Assembly (NCBI RefSeq): GCF_000143415.4
Contig: NW_003314266.1
Span: forward strand, 3,009,964 to 3,073,963
DNA length: 64,000 nucleotides
Origin: Selaginella moellendorffii
Lineage: Eukaryota; Plantae; Lycopodiophyta
Direction of reading: 5' to 3'
The notes under the pieces are model-generated. The model made no database searches and was not told where the DNA came from. It saw only the letters and a program-made list of their open reading frames with translations. This document shows, piece after piece, positions 46,498 to 56,701 of the stretch. A program made the position numbers and the translations under genes. Positions within the stretch are counted from its first letter, which is position 1. Every line of letters begins with the position of its first letter.

Positions 46498-48428
46498 ATG
46501 AGCGAGGACGTCGACAAGCACGTCTTGCGGAAGTACCACGTTTGCCAAAAGCTCGGCAAGGGTGTAAGTTGACGGCTCAAAAAGAGTTTTTTATTTGTTG
46601 GTGTTATAACTGCTTTGTTTTACTGTTTGCAGGCTTATGGAATCGTTTGGAAAGCGTTTGATAGGAAGACCAACGATGTTGTTGCTCTCAAAAAGATATT
46701 TGACGCGTTTCAAAACTCGACTGATGCTCAGGTTTGTGGTTCTTTGTCAAAAGTTCCATCTTGCTGACTTGCTGGTTCCAACGTAGAGGACCTTTCGCGA
46801 GGTGATGTTTCTTCAGGAGATCAACGATCATGAGAACGTCATCAAGTTAGTTTCCGCACCTCTTAAGACTGCTGGCAGTTACATTAATGAACTCGCAGGT
46901 TGACAAACGTTCTCAAAGCGGAAAATGACCGTGACTTGTACCTAGTGTTTGAGTACATGGGTAAGTTTGCAGGAAAAACTGTAAGCTTATCGATCCATTC
47001 CGCAATTTTTCTCTGCGCAGAAACGGATTTGCATGCTGTTATAAGAGCCAATATTCTCGAGGATGTACATAAACAAGTAAGTTCTTCCGGCTTTTATGTT
47101 TGGCTAAATCCGAGGTGTTTGCAGTACATCATGTATCAACTCTTTAAATCTTTGAAGTATTTGCACAGCGCAGGACTGCTGCATCGAGATATCAAGGTGA
47201 CTTTGTTCAGCCATTGTAAAGAACTGGTGAAAGTATTAATGCTTTGAACTTTCAGCCAAGCAATCTACTTTTGGATTCGGATTGCCGATGCAAGCTTGCA
47301 GATTTTGGTTTGGCACGATCGGTATGAGAACGCTTTACAATTCTTGTATGAGCCTTTTCTTTTTTGAGTGAAGGTTGCCCAATTGAAAGATGACATGGGA
47401 CAAGCGCAAGTGCTAACAGACTATGTTGCTACTCGATGGTACTCCAATTAGAAGCATCTTCACATCATGGATTTTACAAAATGTGGTTTATCAAACAGGT
47501 ATAGAGCACCCGAGATTCTTCTTGGTTCCACAAAGTAAGCAGGTGAGACTTTTATGGTAACCGTTTGTGAATTAACAATCTCGCTTAACAGCTACACCTT
47601 TGGAGTGGACATGTGGTCGAGTGGCTGCATTCTTGGCGAGTTGTTGAACGGGAAGCCTGTTTTTCCAGGTGAGTCTGTGATAAACACGGTTAAAATCTCT
47701 GAATCTCTGCACGTACAGGGGCATCGACTATGAACCAGATTGAAAAAGTTCTGGATCTAATAGGAAAACCGGCATCGGTATGTGACGCGCTGATTTTTTC
47801 AGCCGGACTGACACTGTTCTGATTGGAGACAAAGTGAAGGAGGACATAGCAGCTTTCGAATCGCCATTTGCTGCAGCTATGATTGAGAACATGGCTATAA
47901 CTGGCCCCAGGTGGGAAAGAATAAGAGTTTTAAGATTGATTGAGTGTTTCACTCTGAGCAGATCATTTAGAAAAGCTTTCCCCAGCGCCACGCCTGAAGC
48001 TGCGGACTTACTACGCAAATTGCTACACTTTAATCCTCAGAAGAGGCTTACAGCGGAGGTAACTTTGCAACTTCTTTTGCTATAATCTTCCTGACTTGTG
48101 TGTGTGTGTGTGCTGCAGCAAGCATTGCAACATCCATACGTAGCTCAATTTCACAACCCTCGTGAGGAGCCATCGTGCAATCGATTGATCAGGATTCCCA
48201 TTGACGACAATCATAAGTAAGAGCTGGGCTTTTTCTGTCGCTCTGACTTATCCCCTTTTGCTTTCAAACAGATTCACGATCCACGAGTATCGGGAAAGGC
48301 TATACGCCGAAATCATCAGCCGGAAGAAAGAGATCAGGAAGAAGGCTCGAGAGCGAGAACGGAGCCTCCACAGAGAGATGTCAAGAATGCAATCGAGACG
48401 CTCGTCTTACCATCCCAGAGCAAGTTAG
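46498..48428 (+). CDS. MAPK15: ERK7/ERK8 (MAPK15)-type MAP kinase with TDY activation motif, many tiny introns
   Basis: [13 protein letters not shown]...[12 protein letters not shown]...[22 protein letters not shown]...[34 protein letters not shown]...[19 protein letters not shown], diagnostic of the ERK7/8 subfamily. Confidence 0.9.
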
Positions 48429-48689
48429 AAGTGAGCTTTCTTGCTCTCCTGTTCTGTAGACTTATTCGAGATCTCTCTCTTCCAGCTTCGCGAAACTTAC
48501 ACCAAGTGCCTGTCGCGGAGGAACCCCACTCCTTACTTCATCGAGAATGGAAAGAGTGGATCAATCGCTCGAAGTAGAGAGTGGGGTTCTGTCCGTGACA
48601 GAAACTTGGTATGTCACGCATTGCTTGCCACTGAGATCTGCGCAGAAAAGCACGCAAAGAGTTAAAGAGATCTTTCGTTAGCTCCAAAT

Positions 48690-48789
48690 GTCCTCACCAT
48701 ATAACATGGAGCACGCGAGCCAAAGGTCCTCACCATATAAAATGGACCACGCGAGTCAATGATATTCAAAGGTCCAGCACGTGAGTCAA
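48690..48789. repeat. 36-bp direct repeat x2 plus a partial third copy
   Basis: GTCCTCACCATATAA.ATGGA.CACGCGAG.CAA at 48690 and 48726; CAAAGGTCC.GCACGTGAGTCAA follows. Confidence 0.75.
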
Positions 48790-48941
48790 CGAAGTTTTGC
48801 TCAACATTCGTGCCTAGTCAAAGGTCGACGAAGTTTTGGTCAACTTTAGGACCCGGCACATTGTTAATGCTTTTATTACAGTAAAAAGCTTGCTTTCACT
48901 ACAGTAAACAGAGTTCTTCCTAGGAAGAATGAAAGAAGCGT

Positions 48942-50189
48942 TCACTGTTCGAGGGGAGAATTTGCTACTGCTTGATCCAATTCCCACTCGTAAACACCCT
49001 GGCATTCCTCTGCGAGGCTCGTGGAGCACGCCCGGACTATCCATCGCAAGGCGAAGAGATTCGCCTCCACGCCCTCGAGATCCATCTCCCGGAACAATCC
49101 CAGCGCCTGGCGATCCAGCCCGCGATGCGCACACGCCCACAGCATCGTGTTCCACGACACCGCATCTCTCTCGCGCATTCCCCGGAAGAAATACCAGGCC
49201 CTCTCCATCCCGCCGCACCTCGCAAAGAGATTTAGCACCGAGTTCTCCACGCCAAGGTCCAAATCCTCCGTGCTCTCGCGGATCGAGACCCCTAGCTCGA
49301 GCCTTCCCTGTACGGCACACGCGAGGATCGCGGACCGCCGCGCGTGAGAGCTTGGCCGTACGCCCCGGGACACCATAGCTTCGTAGAGGTCAAGAGCCTC
49401 GTCAAAATGCCCGTGTTGGGCATATGCTGAAATCATCGCGTTTGCCACCATAGCATCTCTTGGAGCGAATTCTTCGAACCACGCTCTTGCGCAATCGATG
49501 CATTCGCAGCTCACATACATTTCCAAGATGCTGATTTGGAGAGCTTTGAGGAGTTCTTGGCCGGTGGCAGCGATCCTCGCGTGAACAGAGATGCCATCTC
49601 TGGGCATCTTGAGCGATCCACACGCCTCGAGCGCGGCCGCGAAGATCGCCGCATTGGGCTCGATCTCCGCCTGGAACAACAGCCTCCGGTAGAGATCGAT
49701 CGCCTTGCGGTGCTGCCCATTGCGCGAGTACCCCTCGATCATCGCGCTCCACGACGCGGCGTCCTTGATCTTGATCCTCGCAAACGCCACGCGCGCGTCC
49801 TTCGTCCCGCCCAATCGCGCCATCGCCTGGACGAGAAGATTGCCCACTTGGGCATCCTCCGCGGCCCCAGGCAAGTTCGCGAAGATCCGGGCCTGGATCG
49901 CACGCGCCTCTTCTAGCGACTGGGCGCCCGCGAGCGACGATTCGATCCATCGCCAGTGGGAGGAGAGAGGGGACCGGCGATCCGAGAGGTGCTGCTGTGC
50001 CAAGTCCGCCCATGGATCGCCGGGGAGATTGGCGACCATCCACGAGAGATAAGAATTGGAAACGCTGCTTAGGCGCTTCCCCTTGTGCCTTCCAAAGCTA
50101 AGAACGATCGAGTTGCGAGCGCTCTCATCGGTTTTCTCTCCAGAGCACAGCGCGAGAATTCTCACTCCCACTCCCACCGATTGGATCAT
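48942..50189 (-). CDS. PPR protein with an N-terminal FGxHKG...YLxW (DUF3820/QSregVF_b-like) domain
   Basis: Single 415-aa ORF. Residues about 23-70 read ARNSIVLSFGRHKGKRLSSVSNSYLSWMVANLPGDPWADLA, followed by PLS repeats (SWSAMIEGYSRNG, ANAMISAYAQHG, SWNTMLWACAHRG). Confidence 0.82.
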   Translation of the reverse strand: MIQSVGVGVRILALCSGEKTDESARNSIVLSFGRHKGKRLSSVSNSYLSWMVANLPGDPWADLAQQHLSDRRSPLSSHWRWIESSLAGAQSLEEARAIQARIFANLPGAAEDAQVGNLLVQAMARLGGTKDARVAFARIKIKDAASWSAMIEGYSRNGQHRKAIDLYRRLLFQAEIEPNAAIFAAALEACGSLKMPRDGISVHARIAATGQELLKALQISILEMYVSCECIDCARAWFEEFAPRDAMVANAMISAYAQHGHFDEALDLYEAMVSRGVRPSSHARRSAILACAVQGRLELGVSIRESTEDLDLGVENSVLNLFARCGGMERAWYFFRGMRERDAVSWNTMLWACAHRGLDRQALGLFREMDLEGVEANLFALRWIVRACSTSLAEECQGVYEWELDQAVANSPLEQ

Positions 50190-50323
50190 CGATACAAATC
50201 TTTAGTTGACAAAGCTAAAACAAATCAACACCGCTTTCTTCTAGGCCGGATGGATCTCTCAAGCCATCCAACTCGAGGATGCCTCTGTTTCAAAAGCTTG
50301 TGTTAATTAAGAAATTGTAATTT

Positions 50324-50395
50324 CGCCGTTGCCGGGGATTGAACCCGGGTCGTCCGCGTGACAGGCGGAAATACTCACCACTATACTACAACGAC
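50324..50395 (-). tRNA. tRNA-Asp (GUC)
   Basis: GTCGTTGTAGTATAGTGGTGAGTATTTCCGCCTGTCACGCGGACGACCCGGGTTCAATCCCCGGCAACGGCG folds as a cloverleaf with anticodon GTC; plant cytosolic type. Confidence 0.96.
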
Positions 50396-50963
50396 ATTAG
50401 ATACTTTAAAGGATAAAAGGCAATTAGAAAAACCACATTTACCTCCACCTATTGTATGTGATGATATCTGAGCACATTTATACAATATCTACGATGCTTC
50501 TGCTTGTTTATAACAAGTCCAAAAGCTTTACTAGCTTGTGTTGCCTGGCTAGAAACTCTCCCAACAGCTTGAGAGATTTTGTGATGCTATCTGATTTAGT
50601 CCTTTGTTGAAAGGTCTGTTTTCCTTTATTCAGGATTTACAAGCTTTCCACCTGAGAAGGCATGATGCACAACATTCTTTTCTACTTTTATCTCTGATAG
50701 ATTTTTTTGTTAGCATGAAGAAGCATCTCTTCTTGAGCAGAAGAGTGTTCTAGCTCGATCTGGCGCCTTGTAGAGCCGATCCCGGGTTCGAACCCACCCG
50801 AAGAAGAGGGACCCAATTTTTTTAGACATGCTGGGGCAGAGATTCGAACGTGTCACGTCTTAGTACTTCGACAAATTTTGGAGGTCCTATAATCTATAAA
50901 ACCTTTTTCAACATTATCAAGTTAGTGTCTTAGTGATCCAAGGTTCTTTCTTTCAACTCGAAG

Positions 50964-53240
50964 CTAGATCTTTCCACTTCGCGGCGGATCAAACACGAGA
51001 GGGAGAGAGTCCCGGTCTCCTCTCTTCACGTGTTCTTGCAGCTTCGCTCTTCCCTGCGATGGCCGACAGCGTTTAGAACTTATGGCGACAGAAAACCAGA
51101 GATTTCCACCTGAATTCGAGCGTAAGTTATCTGGCAGATCTTCCTCGAGTTGTGTGCTTCCCATTGCAGGTTGTGGAACGCTTTGTAAAACCTCCCGCAG
51201 GCCGCGACCGAGACGAAGTTGACAAATGCGTAACCAAGGTTACACTGGTTCCTGGGAAAGCAAGCTCTAGACCGCGTACATAGTAAAAGAACACTCGACG
51301 ATGGTCACCTGGGATCGATCGGAAGGTACAAGAAATCGTACGCGGAAACATCCTCAGAACTGTCGATATGCGCATTGCATTGAGCGCAATGACCATCTAT
51401 CTTGTCCATGAGCTTCTCCTGACTGCGAAGAGCACAAAAACAAGAATGAGAAGCGATCGATGCATAAGAAAAGAGAAACTTCTACCTGTATTTGTTGGGA
51501 AGATTCTTGATCATGAGAGTCGTCCTCTCGTCCTTCAACTCCTCGTCGAATTTGTACGAGCAATCCTCGAGCATTCTTCTCCTTTCCTTCGGATTCCCAC
51601 GAGCACCGGAGAAACTCCACAAAGGAGCTTGCCAGGCTTGGTACGTGCTTATAGCCGGAGGAACGCCGGCGTAGAAACCAGGCGGAGTAAAGAGCGGCGC
51701 CGCTGCTGGAGGAGGAGGGGCCTTCCACTCCACCGCGCGCTGGAAGCTCTCAAACGCCACCGCCGGGTACAAGTCGAGGATGGAATGGTGCTCGCTGTGC
51801 CTCTGGAGCATCCCACCGGGGCGACTAAACTCGATCTTGACAGTGCTGCCGAGAATGTCCTCGCCATCCAGCGCCTCTTTCGCTCGAGCGGCGTCGCGCA
51901 CGTCGAAGAACTCGACGAACTTGTGCGTTCGCTTGATCGGAGTCTCTCGGATCTCCTTCACATCACCTGGCCGGCAAGGCAAATTCCAGAGAAGAGTTAG
52001 AATCTCACAAGCTGGAAGTTGGCGGACACCATAAAAGCCGAGAAAATAAAATCTAGCGAATCTAGTGCTTCTAGATTTGCTATTTAATGCGTGTTGGCTA
52101 TAGCGCAAGTGGAAAGAACTCTAGAGCTTAGCTCGCAAATCTCAAGAAAGAACCAGTCCCACGCAAGACAATGATAGAACACTCACAGAACACAATGCCA
52201 AAGAGCAAGCGATCTTCGAGAAAGAAAGAGCTACCTAGAGATGAAGAGAAAAACCCATTCTTACCGTATTTCTTGAAGACACTGTTGATGGTCTCGATGG
52301 AGATCGCGACATCCAGGTTGAAGACGACGAGCGTGCCTTGATTCTCCATCTCTGGAAACTCCTCCTTCTCGCTCACGCAGCAGCACAGCGGCACGAATTT
52401 GGCCCACAGCGCGGCGCCGCAAACGAGGCCCCGCTCGCGGCGCAGCTTCTCGCCGGCGGCGCGCAGTGCCGCCCGCGTCACCTCGATCTGGCGCCGCGCG
52501 GCGCTCTTGGCGTCCTCTCGGGCAGCGTGACGCCAGGCCCTCTGGAAGTGATCCATCCGGCGGAGCAGCAGGAATTTGTGCTGCTGGATGAGGTGCTGCG
52601 CGTGGATGTCCTTGAGCGCCTGGGCGGCGTGGCGGACGTCGCAGTAGTGGGCGATCACAATGCCGCGCTCCGCCATGGCGGCGAAGGAGATGTAGCGCAG
52701 CGCGCCCCACTGCTCGAGCTGGGACTGGAGCTGGCCGGGATCGATCGGATAGGGGATATTGCCGAGGATGAGCGAGCGGGAGGAGTGCTCGCGAGCGATG
52801 GAGGATGGGGCGATGTGGCGGACGTTGGAGATCGAATCGAAGATCGGCGAGGGATAGAAGAAATACTGTGCCATGCCTTCTTCTTCTTCTTCTCCTCCTC
52901 GATCGCAATCTTCTTGAGCCGATGTCTCGGATTCCTCTCCACTTTCTTGCTGCTCGAGGCGATTCTCATCCTCGTCGGAGGATTCTTGCACGAGACTAAA
53001 CTCGTGCCGACGATGCGGAGGAGCAAGAGGAGAAGAGAATGCCGGGAGAGGAGCGATCGATTCTTCCAGCGGCTGAAACTCCCGAGCATCGGGATTGAGC
53101 TTGGACAAGATCGGCGCGGGGAGGAAGCGCGGGAAGATTTTGATCCATTGAGCCGGAGCAGGATCAACGATCGGCGGAGCGAAGATCATCATTCTGCCCG
53201 CCCAAAATGCCAAGAACCCTAAATTATACCCCTGTTCCAT
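50964..53240 (-). CDS. TERMINAL EAR1-like / Mei2-like RNA-binding protein (3 RRMs), multi-exon
   Basis: RRM1 ([10 protein letters not shown]...HYCDVRHA), RRM2 ([11 protein letters not shown]...[22 protein letters not shown]) and RRM3 ([45 protein letters not shown]). Start may be 53240 or 53192. Confidence 0.9.
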
Positions 53241-53745
53241 CCCCCATCCAACGGCTCGCACGGCGGGACATCCGACGGCTGTAGACACACTGTACGGTCT
53301 TGGAAGCGCTTAAAGGCCAAAATCTTTCACAAATCACCTCTCGTGTCACTCTCGCTTAACTTCCCACCGTACGGCCTTCCGAGAGTGATGGAGGGCGGCT
53401 CGAGCACAAGCAAGCCGGGACAAGAATATTCTTATTCCTCGATTCCCAGGCTCCAAACCGGATCGCAATCATTACACCTTTCTATCGTTTTCTATGTAGG
53501 GTAGCCCTACCACCCTATCCCCACAACACACATTTTTCTCTATCTTACGTACTCGACGCCCGCCATGCACAAAAGAAATTTTGCGGAAGATTTTCTAATT
53601 AAGGCTGGATCCGTACGGATAAAGTATTTAACGGGACAGTTAAATACGAGACTATTAACTATCTATCTTCCCCTAAACGAAAATAGTATAATTTTCATTA
53701 ATCTAAAACTTGATAGACTTTAAATTAGAAAAAGGTGGTGGAGAT

Positions 53746-54804
53746 CTAAGTGGGAGTGATCCCGGCATTTGCTATTCGAGATAAAAGAGAGACAAGACAT
53801 ATACACAGGAGGATTGCCTGGAGCAACGCCAGGAACCCACGCCGGAGAACTAAACCTTTGCTTTCCTCTACATCCAGCCAGTGGCTTTGGATGGTCTCCA
53901 GCTCCATCACCCTCTTCTTGAGCTCTTCCACGCCATCGTCTTGGCTCGCAGCAGGGGAAAAAGATCTGGCAGCCACTTCGTTGCGATCGCGATGGAGATC
54001 TCGATGGCCATCCATCGAACTCTTCAAAGTGTGCGAGTCTTTCAAGTTGTTTTCCACCATGTTGTTGAGAAGCCCCTCTTGGAGCTGGACCACTCCGATC
54101 AACTCGTCGACGAATGTGACCAGGTGTTCCTTGACAAGTTCTTGAGATTCGTGAAGAGAGCTCGAGGATCTTGGCTGCGACTGCGGTGCCTCCTGGAAAA
54201 CAGAAGAATTCATCGTCTCTGCATGCTGCTGCCTCTCTAACGACGAGCATTGATCTAGAAAAACTTTTGCGGGATCTAGAAAAAAAAACCAAACCGAAAA
54301 GGGAAAAAAATGAAAGAGGACCAGCCTATACCTCGAATCGCATCGATGGAGTCCAAGCTCGGACTCACAGTCATCGGCAACAGCTTTGGAGTTGCTGCCT
54401 CGGATGGATCTGTCCAAAGAATGGAGTCTCAAACCAAAAAAATAGAATCCTTCTTTTCTGGGACACCCGGCACTACCTTTCGATGGCGAGCTCGAGGAAG
54501 AATCACTGGAGCACGACGATGAAGAAGAAGAGAAGGGCCGGCAACTGGATCTGGAAGAGCTGCCGGAGGAGAAATTTCCATCGACGATCTGCCAGGAGAG
54601 AGATTTCTTGAGCGATTGCTCCATCCGCAAAATCTCGAGCAACTGCTGCTCCTCCCGGCGCCGATGCGTGGCCGGCATCGCCAATCTTGCCCTGGGACTG
54701 TATGCGCGATGAAAAGCCGCGACGATCTTGTCGATCGGGGGCTCGTCGAGCGCGTCGTCGATGTAGAGCCTGAGCCGCCTAAGATCTGACACTAGGGCCT
54801 CCAT
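53746..54804 (-). CDS. Tail-anchored coiled-coil protein, plant KASH/WIP-like candidate (probably one intron near 54331-54255)
   Basis: Ser-rich N-part, coiled coil (VEELKKRVMELETIQ), C-terminal TM (GFLALLQAILLCICLVSLL) and short tail ending ITPT. Confidence 0.6.
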   Translation of the reverse strand: MEALVSDLRRLRLYIDDALDEPPIDKIVAAFHRAYSPRARLAMPATHRRREEQQLLEILRMEQSLKKSLSWQIVDGNFSSGSSSRSSCRPFSSSSSSCSSDSSSSSPSKGSAGCPRKEGFYFFGLRLHSLDRSIRGSNSKAVADDCESELGLHRCDSRYRLVLFHFFPFSVWFFFLDPAKVFLDQCSSLERQQHAETMNSSVFQEAPQSQPRSSSSLHESQELVKEHLVTFVDELIGVVQLQEGLLNNMVENNLKDSHTLKSSMDGHRDLHRDRNEVAARSFSPAASQDDGVEELKKRVMELETIQSHWLDVEESKGLVLRRGFLALLQAILLCICLVSLLSRIANAGITPT

Positions 54805-55256
54805 CCATCCGCAAGAACCATAAAAATCCCTCCCTCGATCCCAGGTTCTTGCATGCGATGCTTTTCTTATTTAGGGTATAACCACGACAGCGTGGCATAC
54901 ACGTGTCCGCCACGTCGGAAGAGCCCTAAAGCCCCGGACGCCGGGGCCGGAATTAAATAGGGCTGACTGTTGTGACTATTGCGTCTTCATCGTTCTCCAT
55001 TTTCCTCCAAATTCTCTCCCTCGTCTAGACCTAAATATCGCCTCCCAGATCGCCGTGTTCTTCGCCACATTCTCTTCTCCACTGCAATCGGCTTGGCGGC
55101 GCTCTAGGCGCCGTGTGCTCGAGGTGAGAATCGCTGCTTCTTTCTTCTCTTTCGCTCGCCAGCGCCTCGATTTCTAGAACTAGGGCTCTTGATTTGGAGC
55201 TCTCGCGTTTCTTTTCACGCGGATTTCGACTGATTGCTGGATTGGCAGTGGCAGGA

Positions 55257-56389
55257 ATGGGGAAGGGGCCGGGGATGTTTGGCGATATCGGCAAGCGCAC
55301 CAAAGGTAGGCTCTGGTCGCTCAGGATTAGGGTTTTGGGTCTAACCTAGTGGCTGCCACTCCAGACCTCCTGACCAGGGATTTTACAAGTGATCAGAAGT
55401 TCACCGTGACATCGTCCACGAGCTCGGGCATTGTATGGACTTCTCTTTCTTCTTTTTCTCTTCAAGAGCTAATTAATTCCCTTCTTTTATAGACTTTCAC
55501 ATCGTTCGGAAACAAAAAGGGGGAGCAATTTGCTGGGAATGTCAACACCCAGTTCAAGACGAACAACATGACTGTGAATGTCAAAGTCGACACGGAGTCC
55601 AATGTGAGCTTCCAACTTGGTCTGATCATCGCATTGAGCTAAAGAACTGGTGTTCTAGATTCACGGAGTCATCACTGCCGATGAGATTGCGAAGGGTGCT
55701 AAGACGGTGTTCACGTTCACCATCCCTGACAATAAGTGTGGCAAGGTACGCAAGCTCTAGAGCTGCTTTTGTTTAGTTCCGGCTTGACTTTGGGTTTTCC
55801 CAGATCAAATTTCAGTACGTCCATGATCTGTTCGGCTTGGCCACCAGTATTGGCTTGACTTCATCTCCTGTTGCTGACTTAAGCGCAGCTCTTGGAAATG
55901 ATGTGGTGGCTGTAGGTGGTGAGCTCTCGTTCGACACGGCCAGCGGGAAGCTCTCGAGATACAGCGGTGGGATTGGACTGACAAAGCCGGACTACAGTGC
56001 TGCCTTGATCACGTAAGCTTCCTTATCTTTTCGAGCGTTTTGTTTTGTGGGAACTTAAGAGGCGATACTCTTTTGTTTCCAGCGCCGACAAGGGTGACAC
56101 GCTCAAAGCCTCTTACTGTCACACGGTGAACGCCAACACCAAGACGACCGTCGGTGCCGAGGTCTCGCACAGCATTTCGAAGAAACAAAACACCTTCACC
56201 ATCGGTGCGTTGTACGTGTTGGATCCTCTCACGGCCGTAAAGGCCAGGCTCAACAACCATGGCCAAGTTGGGGCTCTCCTGCAACACGAGTGGCGGCCAA
56301 AGTCGACGGTCACGCTGTGTGGAGAGGTCGACACAAAAGCGCTAAACAGCCGTCCCAAGATCGGGTTGGCCGTGGCTCTCAAGCCGTGA
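55257..56389 (+). CDS. VDAC: Mitochondrial outer-membrane porin (multi-exon)
   Basis: MGKGPGMFGDIGKRTK|DLLTRDF...; last exon DKGDTLKASY...LDPLTAVKARLNNHG...QHEWRPKS...KIGLAVALKP. Confidence 0.95.
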
Positions 56390-56701
56390 GGAGGATCAAA
56401 CTCAAGAGAGAGCTCGCGACGAATCGATCGAGCGAGTGAGCGACTATGGCGATGGTCTCTTGGTTTGGAAGGAAGTTTGCGGAAGAAAGGATTTGGGGGG
56501 AGTTTTGATAAGATTGTTGCTGCAACAACATTGTCGTGAGGAGAAAGTATACCGTGTTTTTCATGTGTAGAAACATTCTTTTCTATACGAAGGAGACTTG
56601 ACAGAATATGCTCTTAACGAGAAAGAATATATCCTAGCTGAATATTCTTTGTAAGAGCCCTAAAAAGTTTTTGGAGTTTAGGGTTCTTGCTTCTTGCAGC
56701 T

